From IMG/VR virus record IMGVR_UViG_3300009158_000031, positions 1 to 64,000 of that record: a stretch of 64,000 nt of DNA. The stretch is one strand, 5' to 3'. The notes beneath the pieces are model-generated. The model did not search any database. It saw only the letters and a list, made by a program, of their open reading frames with translations, and was not told the DNA's origin. Of the stretch, positions 47,821 through 59,155 are shown in pieces. The translations under genes and the position numbers were made by a program. Every line of letters starts with the position of its first letter. Position 1 is the stretch's first letter.

Positions 47821-50800
47821 ATGGCAAATAAGATACTAAAGAGAACCTCATTCGGTCTCATAAGAACTAATCCTAGATTATCAACTAACGTAAAAATAGT
47901 TGCAAGCTCTTCAGATGAACTTTTTCTGGAGAGTATAGACTCGAATCCAATTTTAAGTAGCTCTTTATATAAAGGGTATGGAGTACAAGGTTACTATTCA
48001 CAAGATCTTTTTAATTTTTTCAATCAAGGAAATGCAATTCCTAAAAATCTTCTTTACGAAGTATACGAAGAAGATGGAGCTATTTCAGTAAAAGATCGTT
48101 ATAAATTTCAAAGAGATTTCACATATGCTTTAGGATCTTATCCTAAAAATTCAAAGTTATATACCGAAGAATTTGCTGCATTTGCTCCTCTTTGGTTAGA
48201 ACGAGACAATATTCCTGACTATTTTATCATATTTAGAATGGATGGTCCAGTTACCAAGAATATCAATACTGCTGAATATTCTGGAATTGATAAAGATACT
48301 GATCCTATATTGGATAAACTTATTAAAAGTCCAGATCTATTTTTCTCTAATTATATTCAAAAGGCTAAAATCATTGCTCAATTTGATCTGACTGGTAACA
48401 CAAACGTTGGATCATATATTCGTCGACATGTCAATGATCCTAATTTCCCAGAAGCTCCTCTATACTTTTCGCCAGAAGAAGGAGATTTAACTTATTGGCA
48501 AGGAATATCTCTAGATGAAGGCGGATTCACTAGAAAATCAGAGCCAATTAATACTGAATATGTTTTACCAGACAAGACTATAATTGAATCTGAAGATTTT
48601 ATCACGTTTGGTTTTTCTAGAAATTCTATTGTTTGTGCAAATCTATTAAACATGGAATTTTTATTCGATGATACCGAGCAAGAAGATTACAAATTCTATC
48701 GTTACTTTGGTATGTACGTTAGTGAACAGGAATTAGGACAATTCACGATTGATCCAGATAGGCTATATGCCGATAGATTTGTTGAAAATACTCAATCACC
48801 AATTCCTATTCTTCCTAATGTAGGAGATCCAACATTAGCGGAAAATCAAATACAAACAAATCCAAAAGGTCTTAAAGTTTATCCTAGAATTATTACAGGT
48901 TCTACCGGAATTTATTCAGGTAGATTACTTACATGGGAAGAAACTCAAAAACCGAGGTTTGGTTATTTAAAAGATACCCTTGGTAATGTTTATTCAATAG
49001 ACAATAATTATAAATGGGATAGCGAATATCAAAATCCAGGAACAACGGCTAAAGGAGATACATATACCGATAGTTCATTCTTAAGAGTAAAAGATACTAC
49101 CGTCAATTGGGCAGCATTTGGCGGATTCCAAGAGCCTTTTAAGTATATTACCACTCAACAAAATGGATTGAATGGAAGTGCTAATTTTGCATTTGATGTA
49201 CTAAAAAAACCAAAAGGAAAGGATCAGATTAGAATTAAATATATCAATCCTACTAATTCAAAGGCATCTACTAAAATTACAACCGGTAATACCTTTAAAG
49301 CTTTAATAGATCAATATACAATTAGAGGAAATTCCAGTCTATCTGCCGGAACTAATGATGGAAATGAATATAGTACTTTAGGTACAACCGATCAAGTTGC
49401 TAGTTCAATAGCATTAGCTATTAATAACATAACATCATTAATTACAAGAGATCCTAGTAATTTCGGTGAAGAAATTTTATTTGAAGCGGTTTCGCAAAAA
49501 TCGACAGTAGTTGTTTATTATAAAAATACATCTGAAATTTTTAACAATATAGAATTTAGTATATTTGCTGACGTTCTTTATGCTGAAGATATACCTTATT
49601 CCAGTCCTTCCTCTTTATCTGAATGGAATCAAGAACAATATTTAGCATCTCCAATTTTTACATCAACCGGTGCCACTTATAATGCATCTCAAATGGGATT
49701 TGTTTATAAATATAAATTTGTAGGAGGAAATACGAAACCAGGTACTAGATTTATAATTGAAAAAGATTTTGTTGATAATTTCCTAGATCAAACCGATAAA
49801 ACTTATGTTAAAACCGATAAAGGATATTCTACAATAGTTCATGAATACTCGAATTATCTAGATTCTCCTCTTTATGAAGGAGCTAATATTGTTGGATTTA
49901 CCGGACTTGATAAATATTATGTTCTATCGATAACCGAGAAAACTCATTCATTAGAAATAGGAAGTGAAGGAAAGATACCTTTAAGAAAGCTAATAAAAAA
50001 TTCAGTTGGTTATCTTTCATTAATGCCTATTAGAGATTTTGATTTTGACTTCTTCAATACAGATTACAATAAAGATGGAGATGCTTCATTAGACAATCTA
50101 TTTGAATGGGAATTAGGTGAAGGAGTTTTAGGAGATGGTTATGTTGCCGGTTCTTATGCCGGAGCCACTTCGCTTTTAGTTACCACTAAAAATGCCTTCA
50201 CTAATCAAACTTTATATCCTATTCCAGTTGGTGCAAATTCACCTTCATTAAGAGTGGTATTCGCAAAAAGTCCTACTGGAGAAAAAGGTATGACCGGAGC
50301 TCTGCTTAATTTGCATGAAATATACACAACGGTAGATGGCGGAGATACTTGGAACATTTATCAATCTCTACCCGCTTTTGATTATATCGATTTAGATTGG
50401 GCAGAAAACGATATTTTTATGTCATCTTCATCGGAAGAATATCCTACTATTAGAAAATTTAGCGTTACTTCGACCGGTGCAAGTCAACTAGCAATTATAA
50501 AATTAATGGATTATCCAAATTTTGGAATGCGAACTTTATCGGCTATCAACGAAGATGAGGTTGTTTTTGCTGGAACTAGAACATATCCTGAACCAGCCGA
50601 ATATCCTGAATATTTTCCATATCAAAATCAGAATGAATTGTTCTTCTATAACAGACCTTATGGTAGATGGACTACGATAGGTGCAACCGCAATAGCTCCA
50701 ATAACCCGAGCAGATTTAGGTGCTGAAGGTATTCAAGGAGGAATTGGTCAATTTGCAAGCGGAGATCCACAAGCAACATCTTATCAATCTGCGTATATTG

Positions 50801-53800
50801 GCTCAAATTTTGGATTTAAACTTCAGGCAAATTTAGTCAATCCTTTTAATTTTTGTCAATTCGGAATACCGGGTAATACAGGAGGTGGAACTGCTGGAGA
50901 TATGCCACTTTGGAGTTGTGGTGACGGAAGATTTAAAGTTGGTCCAGATATCGTCGCATACAATGGATTAGGTGCATTACTTACTGCTCAAGATATGTCT
51001 GGTGGAGGTGCATCTGCTGAATGGGTATTTCAAAATATTTCGACTGGAGCTACTACTGTAGCAGCGTTTGGTATTACTGGATCTTATTCAGATCATTATA
51101 ATGTTATGGACGGAAAACCAGTAGGTGCCTTATCTTTCTTTAGTGTTGGAGGAGCTGGATCTAGCGCATCCGTATATTTGGGAAAAGACATGGTGCTCAG
51201 TAATTATTTAGTAAGTAATTATAATACAACTAGAAAATATGTTATCGGAAGAAATATGTGGAATCAAAATGATTTTGCTACTCAATTCGGTAATTCATTA
51301 AATTTAGTATCTGCAACCTTTCCAGAATTCGGAGGAATATTTACTGCAACTTGGAATCAGGGAGATGATCCTATCTATAATGCCTCATTTGATATGCCAG
51401 GACACTCAATTTACATACCTGAGCAAACTGGATGTGTTGCTGCAATTCCAACCGGTACAAACACCGATTCATCAATATGGGGCAAAGCGACGAATTTAGA
51501 TACTGGTTTAATTGGACCGGCAAATCTAACATTCGATTATCGACAAATGTATTGGGATACGATTCCAGCAAGTGCTCCAACTGCCGGATATGGTTATGGT
51601 TTACCTAAATTTGATGGAATTGATGGTGAATTATACCTTCAAACTGGATATGCCATAGATGCTATTCAATCGAATAATTTTACTTTTCGATCAATATATC
51701 ATGTATGGAAGTGGAGTGCTAGTCTAAGTCAATGGCGATGGGAAGATCGTACTCTTTATGATAATGAAATAGCGGTTAAAACGGTTACATTTGAAGATAA
51801 ACCTATTTGGTTTGGTGTAGCTCCTCTAGGAGGAATTGAGGCAGTAGAAGCTAGTGGCACTGGAAACTTAAATACTGGAGGAACTATTTTCTCATGGGAT
51901 GAAGATAGAGGAATTCAAGTTCTTTATTATTTTGGTGGAACTGCTACAGTTCAACCAAGAGGTTCTTTGATTGACGATCCAACAAACTCGGGTTTTCATC
52001 GACTTTTCGGTTGCGCAAGTGGAGGACCTTTTAGTCTTGATCTAGATGCCCTTTATTCAACTGCTCTTCCGGCAAATTTTATGTTTCCTAAAGATAATAC
52101 TGGACAATTCCAAGCTAACAACGGTTCGATGTTTACCACAACATCCACTTTTGGAAGTGGTATTTTAGGAGGAATTTCGATTGGATCTTCGGCAAATCCT
52201 CATAGATTACATGGAGTATCATCCGCTGGAGGAATTGGCGGACAAGGAGTTGTATGGAGCTATGATGCTAATTTACCAATTAATGTTAGTACTTCATATC
52301 AAGTAGAAGCTAATTTTAAAGGAGCTACAAATGGAGCTAATCCTCTTTATGCTCCATTCCAAGGTCCTGAAGGATTCGTTTATGGAGATGTTTATAGCGG
52401 ATCCGATTTTGGATTAGGAGCTCTTTATAAAATTGCTCCGATTGCTCCTACTGGACAGGTTTGGTATGGAAATTTTGACACTAATTATATTTCCGGTTTA
52501 ACTGGATCCGGTACTATATTTGAAGATTATGATGGAGAATCCGAATTCGTTTCGATATCTGCTACTAAATCTGCGCAATTCCATACTGTTGGTAATACGG
52601 TAGTTGCACTATCGAATTATTCAACTGGCCTTATAGGATCTGTAGGAGCTAGTGCTGGTCCCTGGATTTATGGAACTAAATTTATAGGTTCCACTTCGTT
52701 ATCCAATCAATATCAACCAATGGGACCTACTGGAGCCAGTGTTGGAGGTACTTCTGGTGGATACTTCTATTCATTTAATCGAGTAAAGAATTTCCCTTGG
52801 TTAGGATCCACTGCAAATCCGGATTATTATGTTGTAAGTGGACAATCCACATTCGCTAATACTTCTGGAGCAACTTCAATTGTAATATCTAGAGGAATTA
52901 CTGGATTCTCACCTATAACAGATTACGGTATAATTAAACCGATACCTACTAGTCTTAATTTAGGTTCTGGTCCAGCATACTCAACATCGGCACATGAAAA
53001 TGATTTTGGATTATTATCTTTATGGACCTTAACTCAAGGAGGAAATCTTCTAAATTCAGTTATCGGAACAACTTCAGTCAATGTGGCATGGGGAAGTATC
53101 ACTTTACCAGGAGCTACTAATACAAGTCCTTCATTTGGAGAAGATCTAGAAATATTCCCAGTAGATATTCCTGATGAAAATCCATTTGTTCAATGGTGGG
53201 CGCTTACCGAGGAATCTAGAAACAATGTTACCGAAGCCGTTGGTGCTGAATCTCCTTTTACCATCACTGGAGGATTCCAAAAACTTATTGGTTTATACAA
53301 TGAATATGATGATACGGCAGATGACATAACAAATGAATATGATCGTCTAAAAGAAAATGACAATCCTACACTTTCAGTTTATTCTAGAGTAGTTCCATTT
53401 ATAAACAAATGGGTTTATGATAATGAATCAACTGACGTTAGAGAAAATGGATATCGTCTAAATGTCGATCAAGCATTCGGTATGTTCAATTTTACGCCTT
53501 CATTTGATGAATATAATAGAAATCCCAAGCTATTTACTCATGAATGGTATTATCTACAAGAATATCCCAAGTATATGACATTCGATGAAAAGCGAAATTC
53601 ATTTTCATATTTCGATTCAGCAATTATTAATCCTACTGGACCTACTGGTGATTATGCTTCTTATACAGGAATAACCGGATCTTCCGGTGGTGGTTTATAT
53701 AGTATAGTCGATGATTATTTCGTTGATTATTTCACTAGAGAAACGGTGGATGGAAATCCAGTGCCTAGAGATTTTAGATATTCAATATTCAATGGTGGAA

Positions 53801-55788
53801 ACGATTTTGCCTTTGCCGAAGCTTTATTTAGAGGAGCTAAGGTTGCAATTAAAGACCGAAGTGGTACATCTAATATTGATTATAATGTTGAGGAAATTAA
53901 AACAGTTCCTAGCGCAATATATGATGATTATAAATTCTCAGCAATATTAACTTATGGAGAATCTACTGCAATCAAAGCTATCAAAAATGATAAATGGAAA
54001 ACTTTAACGGTTTTAATCGAAGCTGATATGAATGATCCGCTTTTAACAAATTATGTTGGAGATCGTTGGATTGATCGTGCTTACTTATACTCGGCAAACG
54101 ACAAATATAGCTATGTTGGATATGGTGGTGCTTTTCAATATGCCGATATTGTAATTAAAGGATCTATTAATGGTTGGGTAGATACTGGAGAATATTTTGA
54201 AATTTATAGCGGAACGGATATTAATGGAGAACAACCGGATTTTAGAAATGATTTAACTCTTAATCAAGAAGGTGGATTCAATTCCGTATACCTAGCTAAT
54301 ACGGTAGGTGTAACTACATACATATATAAATTTGGAGGAATATTTGATATTTCTACTAGATCATTTAAATGTACAACGATTGAAGGTCTTCCACTCAATC
54401 CAACTTTAACGCCTAATGGTTATAATTCATATGTGAATATTCGAAATGCTTGGCCGGGTTCAGTGAGAGCAGATTATACAAAACCATTTCAACCAGGAAT
54501 TGGATCTCGGATATATTATGAATTCGGTGGATATAACGCATATTCTAATATCTTAACCGGTATTAGCTTTGCTTCTATTGCCGATGCATTTAATAGTGGA
54601 GATCCACATGTTCAATATATTCAAGTAAACGATGATGGTACTGTAGAATTTAATACATTTATGCTTTCAGTATTACCACCGGATGATCTTGTTAAAGCCA
54701 GTTATTTAGACATTGCTACATCTCAAGATAAACCTTCTGGTCTACAATCATCAGTTGATATTGGATTCGAATTAATAGGTGCACCAAGAGTAGAATTATC
54801 TAGAATGAACAGATATCGTGGAGAATATGTTCCCAGATGGTATGATGTTATTAAATTTGTAGATGAAACGGATCTTAAAGAAGAAGGTCTTCAATATCTT
54901 AATATTAATATATGGGATGTTCAACGTGGAGGAAGTGGAAGTACGGCTTCGCCATATTACTATTGGAAAGATGAATCGTTAGGAATTATCCCGAATCTTT
55001 ATGTTTATAAAGTTAATGTTGAAAATCCAAATATAGTTGGTGGACAAAATATAACTGGCTCAACTCGTTCAATATATCCAGCAATAGGAGAGATTTCTAT
55101 TGACCATAAAGACTTCTTTGTATTTCGTTCTAATTGGGATCCGTATTATTATTGGAAATATATACGACGTAATATATCTCAAGCGGTTATAGGTACAAGA
55201 GAACCTAAAGAAGAAAAAGCTTTTTTTGGATCTAAGGTTATTGCTATTCCGGATTCTCCAATTATTGAAAAATTTGATGGAGGAGCTATTGATAGAAACG
55301 ATTTTGGTCGAAGATCTACTAGGGCTAAAATCAAAACAATAACTCAAGATATTGTATTTGAAATAACTAATACTACTGCCATACAAAAAGAGTTAACCTT
55401 AGATGTTTATGTTACATCAGCATTAAGTAAATGGTTAATCTCCGAAGGATTTGGTGCTGAATTTACTAAATATATGGATCCTGATTATTCATTTGATCAG
55501 CGAACAATAGACGACGATATCACTAAATACATCGAAGAAAATATCTTTGATCGGTATGAGGTATCGAACATAACATTCTGGGAAAAGACTTATCAACCAA
55601 ATATTGTTGAACCTTTGATTCGATTAGATTATACAGATGCTCAAAAGAAAGATAATGGTTATGTGGTTTCGACTAATTTCCAAACCGTTCCTTTGGGAAA
55701 TAACCCATTGAATTTTAGCTTGATATATAAACTACCAACAGACAAGCAAGTGTCTATTTCTTGCACAGTCACATTAAATAAAAAATAA
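47821..55788 (+). CDS. Very large virion/baseplate protein with a beta-propeller-like insert
   Basis: 2655 aa; late motif at 47807; Asp-box TVDGGDTW and GloVer-like repeats. Confidence 0.65.
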   Translation: MANKILKRTSFGLIRTNPRLSTNVKIVASSSDELFLESIDSNPILSSSLYKGYGVQGYYSQDLFNFFNQGNAIPKNLLYEVYEEDGAISVKDRYKFQRDFTYALGSYPKNSKLYTEEFAAFAPLWLERDNIPDYFIIFRMDGPVTKNINTAEYSGIDKDTDPILDKLIKSPDLFFSNYIQKAKIIAQFDLTGNTNVGSYIRRHVNDPNFPEAPLYFSPEEGDLTYWQGISLDEGGFTRKSEPINTEYVLPDKTIIESEDFITFGFSRNSIVCANLLNMEFLFDDTEQEDYKFYRYFGMYVSEQELGQFTIDPDRLYADRFVENTQSPIPILPNVGDPTLAENQIQTNPKGLKVYPRIITGSTGIYSGRLLTWEETQKPRFGYLKDTLGNVYSIDNNYKWDSEYQNPGTTAKGDTYTDSSFLRVKDTTVNWAAFGGFQEPFKYITTQQNGLNGSANFAFDVLKKPKGKDQIRIKYINPTNSKASTKITTGNTFKALIDQYTIRGNSSLSAGTNDGNEYSTLGTTDQVASSIALAINNITSLITRDPSNFGEEILFEAVSQKSTVVVYYKNTSEIFNNIEFSIFADVLYAEDIPYSSPSSLSEWNQEQYLASPIFTSTGATYNASQMGFVYKYKFVGGNTKPGTRFIIEKDFVDNFLDQTDKTYVKTDKGYSTIVHEYSNYLDSPLYEGANIVGFTGLDKYYVLSITEKTHSLEIGSEGKIPLRKLIKNSVGYLSLMPIRDFDFDFFNTDYNKDGDASLDNLFEWELGEGVLGDGYVAGSYAGATSLLVTTKNAFTNQTLYPIPVGANSPSLRVVFAKSPTGEKGMTGALLNLHEIYTTVDGGDTWNIYQSLPAFDYIDLDWAENDIFMSSSSEEYPTIRKFSVTSTGASQLAIIKLMDYPNFGMRTLSAINEDEVVFAGTRTYPEPAEYPEYFPYQNQNELFFYNRPYGRWTTIGATAIAPITRADLGAEGIQGGIGQFASGDPQATSYQSAYIGSNFGFKLQANLVNPFNFCQFGIPGNTGGGTAGDMPLWSCGDGRFKVGPDIVAYNGLGALLTAQDMSGGGASAEWVFQNISTGATTVAAFGITGSYSDHYNVMDGKPVGALSFFSVGGAGSSASVYLGKDMVLSNYLVSNYNTTRKYVIGRNMWNQNDFATQFGNSLNLVSATFPEFGGIFTATWNQGDDPIYNASFDMPGHSIYIPEQTGCVAAIPTGTNTDSSIWGKATNLDTGLIGPANLTFDYRQMYWDTIPASAPTAGYGYGLPKFDGIDGELYLQTGYAIDAIQSNNFTFRSIYHVWKWSASLSQWRWEDRTLYDNEIAVKTVTFEDKPIWFGVAPLGGIEAVEASGTGNLNTGGTIFSWDEDRGIQVLYYFGGTATVQPRGSLIDDPTNSGFHRLFGCASGGPFSLDLDALYSTALPANFMFPKDNTGQFQANNGSMFTTTSTFGSGILGGISIGSSANPHRLHGVSSAGGIGGQGVVWSYDANLPINVSTSYQVEANFKGATNGANPLYAPFQGPEGFVYGDVYSGSDFGLGALYKIAPIAPTGQVWYGNFDTNYISGLTGSGTIFEDYDGESEFVSISATKSAQFHTVGNTVVALSNYSTGLIGSVGASAGPWIYGTKFIGSTSLSNQYQPMGPTGASVGGTSGGYFYSFNRVKNFPWLGSTANPDYYVVSGQSTFANTSGATSIVISRGITGFSPITDYGIIKPIPTSLNLGSGPAYSTSAHENDFGLLSLWTLTQGGNLLNSVIGTTSVNVAWGSITLPGATNTSPSFGEDLEIFPVDIPDENPFVQWWALTEESRNNVTEAVGAESPFTITGGFQKLIGLYNEYDDTADDITNEYDRLKENDNPTLSVYSRVVPFINKWVYDNESTDVRENGYRLNVDQAFGMFNFTPSFDEYNRNPKLFTHEWYYLQEYPKYMTFDEKRNSFSYFDSAIINPTGPTGDYASYTGITGSSGGGLYSIVDDYFVDYFTRETVDGNPVPRDFRYSIFNGGNDFAFAEALFRGAKVAIKDRSGTSNIDYNVEEIKTVPSAIYDDYKFSAILTYGESTAIKAIKNDKWKTLTVLIEADMNDPLLTNYVGDRWIDRAYLYSANDKYSYVGYGGAFQYADIVIKGSINGWVDTGEYFEIYSGTDINGEQPDFRNDLTLNQEGGFNSVYLANTVGVTTYIYKFGGIFDISTRSFKCTTIEGLPLNPTLTPNGYNSYVNIRNAWPGSVRADYTKPFQPGIGSRIYYEFGGYNAYSNILTGISFASIADAFNSGDPHVQYIQVNDDGTVEFNTFMLSVLPPDDLVKASYLDIATSQDKPSGLQSSVDIGFELIGAPRVELSRMNRYRGEYVPRWYDVIKFVDETDLKEEGLQYLNINIWDVQRGGSGSTASPYYYWKDESLGIIPNLYVYKVNVENPNIVGGQNITGSTRSIYPAIGEISIDHKDFFVFRSNWDPYYYWKYIRRNISQAVIGTREPKEEKAFFGSKVIAIPDSPIIEKFDGGAIDRNDFGRRSTRAKIKTITQDIVFEITNTTAIQKELTLDVYVTSALSKWLISEGFGAEFTKYMDPDYSFDQRTIDDDITKYIEENIFDRYEVSNITFWEKTYQPNIVEPLIRLDYTDAQKKDNGYVVSTNFQTVPLGNNPLNFSLIYKLPTDKQVSISCTVTLNKK

Positions 55789-55792
55789 GTAA

Positions 55793-58345
55793 ATGGCTAA
55801 CATTTCAATAAAAGAACTTTTTCCAGCGGATTCGCTAATAAATGCCGTTGAAAAAATAAATTTTAACTTCGATCAAGTAATTCTTGGTGGCGGTGGCCCT
55901 CAAGGAGATACTGGTGTTACTGGTCCTGCTGGTGGACAAGGTCCAGTAGGAGATCGAGGAAATTATTGGTTTGCTGGAACTACTTATGGAGGAGTTACTG
56001 GTGATGCCTATGGTAATCCATTAGAATTAGGTGATGGATTTGTAAGTAGTGGAGGAACTGTCTACATATACTCTTTTACTGGAGGTTCAACCGGATGGTA
56101 CAATACCGGAATTAGTCTTGTTGGTCCTAGTGGTCCTCAAGGAGTTACTGGTGGATCATTCGAATGGCAATATTTTAGAGGAGCTACCGACATTGGTGTT
56201 AACTCATGGATTGCTGCTACTGCATATGGTGCAACTACGACGGTTAGTTCAAATCGAGATATTATTTCGTATGTTGGTGCCGAGAAGAATATTGTATTTA
56301 TGGGATCTACTGGTTGGGCAATTGACCAACTTTCGGATTTTGGTTACTTCCCGACTGGATCTAATTTACAAAAACAGCTACCTACATTAACAGTAATTCA
56401 AAGATATATTGATGGAGATAGTGTTAGTGGAATTGCATTTGGTGCAGTAGGTTTAACTTCTGGTACTGCTGGAACACTTCCTACTTCAGGAGATCTTAAT
56501 GAACCGGTATCTGCTCTAGATTTTACATATTATGGATTTGAAACTACAACAACGGATCCTTGGTATAACGGAACTCTTATACAAAGAGCGGTTATTCACT
56601 CACCTAAAATGCCTATGGCAATTAAGATTGGTGGAACCACTCCTCTAGAAACACCGGCTAACCTTTATATAGAATCTCAATTCTTAAAATTTAACGATTA
56701 TCTAAGTGAAAAATCTTGGTTAACCGGAAACGATTCAACCGGATCTACTCCATTAGGTTTTCATCATATATTTTCAAAATCCGTTGGATTAAATCCTCTT
56801 TCAACCGGAGTTGGTAAACAAGGTGCTGTGGTACTTCAAGGAATTGATGGAACTTATTCGATAGGATCTTATCAACATCGATTGGGAAATACCATTATTG
56901 GTACTACTGCCGGTTTAGCTGGTAATATTGTTGCTGGATTAATTATATCAAGAGGAAATACCGGTGGAATTAGTGCATCAAATAATTACGATTCTCATAT
57001 ATCATTACATGCCGATAACACATCAAATGCAGTTGCAAAAATTATTGCTTCAACTGATGCGAATGGAATTCCTAGAACTCAATTTGCTTCGAGTCGTTTA
57101 GGTATTATTGGTGCTACTCCAGGAGCTACTGGATCTGCCGGATTTTTAAAAGGCGCTTGGAATTCAGAAAATTATACGCCTAAGGTTCCCTTTCACATCA
57201 TTCAAGATAGTGGAAATCTAAATACAATTAATGGATCAGGTGCTGGTATATCCAGTTTAACTCTTCCTGCAAATTTATCTGGTTTAAGAGTTTTATCAAT
57301 GACTGATGTTATTGATGCTCGAGGTGGTGGTCTTATTCATGGACTTACTCCAGCTTATAATATTACATCTTTATCAGGTCCAATGGGAGCTACTGTAATT
57401 TATTCATGGGATGATATTGTTCTAAGAACATTTGCTAGAGGAGCAACAAATATGTCTCCTAACATTTGGGTTAATCCTGGAGGAAGTGCAAATGGTGGAT
57501 CTTTAATAGTAGGTTTAAGTTTTCCAACTACTTCGTCTAATCTTTTAGGAGGAACCGGTCAATATATTAGATCTAAACTTGCCATTGGTGGATCAATAAC
57601 TGTAGGAGAGATTGCATGGCATAGAGATTATCAACCACCAACAAATGGTATTAGACTTCAAGGTTCTATATACCAAGGGGTAACCGCAAATAATCCAGGA
57701 GCTTCTGCATCATTTGATGGTTATGGATATTATGGAGGAACCGGAGGAATTGGATCTGAATCATTTTTAGCGATTGGTGATTCTACATTTACTGCTAGAG
57801 CATTAGGTGGATATAAATATTACCAATCACAAGTTGGAAATGGAGGAATTCCATCAATATTTGCTGGAGCATTCCAAGGACCTATAATTATTGAAGGATC
57901 TAATAAAACAACGGATGGAGCAAATGGTCAATTACAAGATATTCGTATAGTTAACTCAAGTATGTTTAATCATGCGGCTGCCTTAATTGGAGGAAAAGTT
58001 ATTATTGGAGGATCTGCATATTCTCAATCATGGTACACAAAAGACCCGTATTATACCGGTGGTTTAGTTGCTAATGTAGTTGTAGTTGGAGATCCAATAA
58101 CCGGAGCTACTGTATCAGGACATGGTTTAGGTTATCCTGAAACTGCTGCTCTATCAGTTAACTCAACAACTAAAGGTTTTGCACCACCGAGAATGAGCCA
58201 GACACAAAGAGTTGCAATGGGATCCGTCGCCCAAGGTCTTATGGTTTATCAAGTAACTGGAACTCCCGGTGCTCCTGGTCCTACTGGAGAAGGTTTATAT
58301 ATGTACACTAGTGCTGGATGGACTGGTCCAATGAGATTCTCGTAA
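55793..58345 (+). CDS. Tail fibre protein
   Basis: N-terminal DSLxxAxxKINxNF, short collagen segments, and a C-terminal STTKGFAPPRM...QGLMVY motif common in Bacteroidota fibres. Confidence 0.75.
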   Translation: MANISIKELFPADSLINAVEKINFNFDQVILGGGGPQGDTGVTGPAGGQGPVGDRGNYWFAGTTYGGVTGDAYGNPLELGDGFVSSGGTVYIYSFTGGSTGWYNTGISLVGPSGPQGVTGGSFEWQYFRGATDIGVNSWIAATAYGATTTVSSNRDIISYVGAEKNIVFMGSTGWAIDQLSDFGYFPTGSNLQKQLPTLTVIQRYIDGDSVSGIAFGAVGLTSGTAGTLPTSGDLNEPVSALDFTYYGFETTTTDPWYNGTLIQRAVIHSPKMPMAIKIGGTTPLETPANLYIESQFLKFNDYLSEKSWLTGNDSTGSTPLGFHHIFSKSVGLNPLSTGVGKQGAVVLQGIDGTYSIGSYQHRLGNTIIGTTAGLAGNIVAGLIISRGNTGGISASNNYDSHISLHADNTSNAVAKIIASTDANGIPRTQFASSRLGIIGATPGATGSAGFLKGAWNSENYTPKVPFHIIQDSGNLNTINGSGAGISSLTLPANLSGLRVLSMTDVIDARGGGLIHGLTPAYNITSLSGPMGATVIYSWDDIVLRTFARGATNMSPNIWVNPGGSANGGSLIVGLSFPTTSSNLLGGTGQYIRSKLAIGGSITVGEIAWHRDYQPPTNGIRLQGSIYQGVTANNPGASASFDGYGYYGGTGGIGSESFLAIGDSTFTARALGGYKYYQSQVGNGGIPSIFAGAFQGPIIIEGSNKTTDGANGQLQDIRIVNSSMFNHAAALIGGKVIIGGSAYSQSWYTKDPYYTGGLVANVVVVGDPITGATVSGHGLGYPETAALSVNSTTKGFAPPRMSQTQRVAMGSVAQGLMVYQVTGTPGAPGPTGEGLYMYTSAGWTGPMRFS

Positions 58346-58362
58346 TAAAAAATTAAAAAATT

Positions 58363-59142
58363 ATGAAATTTGACTATAAAAAATTGAAGCTTAATCAAAT
58401 CTTAATGATTGGATTTGTGATTGTGCTGCTTCTATTTCTTAGACAATGTTCAGTTACGGATGGTCTTAAAGATGAATTGATGGTAGCCGGACAAAATGAA
58501 AAAGCACTTAACGACTCAGTTAGAGAAACAACTAATAAGCTAGGCGAACAAGTTTTTCTAAAGAACACCTTCATTGCAGACGGTAAGAAACTTAAAGAAC
58601 TTAATGCGGAACTTTATAGAGAAGTTAAAAATCTAAAGGGTGACGTTAAGATGATTACTACCGCCAATGCCGGAATCAAATCGGATCCAATTTATCTGAC
58701 AAATACCATCACTAAATATGCCGATGGAATTGTAGATATTGGTTGGAAATATGATTCCATCTTTTCGAAAGGTAATTACAGAAAGTTGGCAGGGATATCT
58801 AAGATTCAATACGATTCAGCGAATGTTCTAGATAAAGGAACCACTATAACACAAGATGAAATCGGTATCTCGGTGACCACAGGTTTGGTTAAACTTGATG
58901 GATCTTATCAAATATTTGTAAAATCTAATTATCCTGGAATGACAATTTCTGATATACAAGGATCTATTCTTGACAAGAACATGATTCAATCTGATGAATC
59001 TTCTTGGGTATTTGGACCTTATGTAGGTGTTGGTGTTGGTGTTGATCCCATGAATAAAACTATTGGACCTAATGTATCTTTTGGATTGGGAATTACATAT
59101 AACTTGAATAAGAAGATTAAAAGGCTCTTTAAGCCCTTCTAA
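58363..59142 (+). CDS. Membrane protein, spanin candidate
   Basis: N-terminal hydrophobic segment ending LRQC, a coiled coil, and C-terminal amphipathic beta-strands GPYVGVGVG...GLGITYNL. Confidence 0.5.
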   Translation: MKFDYKKLKLNQILMIGFVIVLLLFLRQCSVTDGLKDELMVAGQNEKALNDSVRETTNKLGEQVFLKNTFIADGKKLKELNAELYREVKNLKGDVKMITTANAGIKSDPIYLTNTITKYADGIVDIGWKYDSIFSKGNYRKLAGISKIQYDSANVLDKGTTITQDEIGISVTTGLVKLDGSYQIFVKSNYPGMTISDIQGSILDKNMIQSDESSWVFGPYVGVGVGVDPMNKTIGPNVSFGLGITYNLNKKIKRLFKPF

Positions 59143-59155
59143 ATAATAAACGTAA

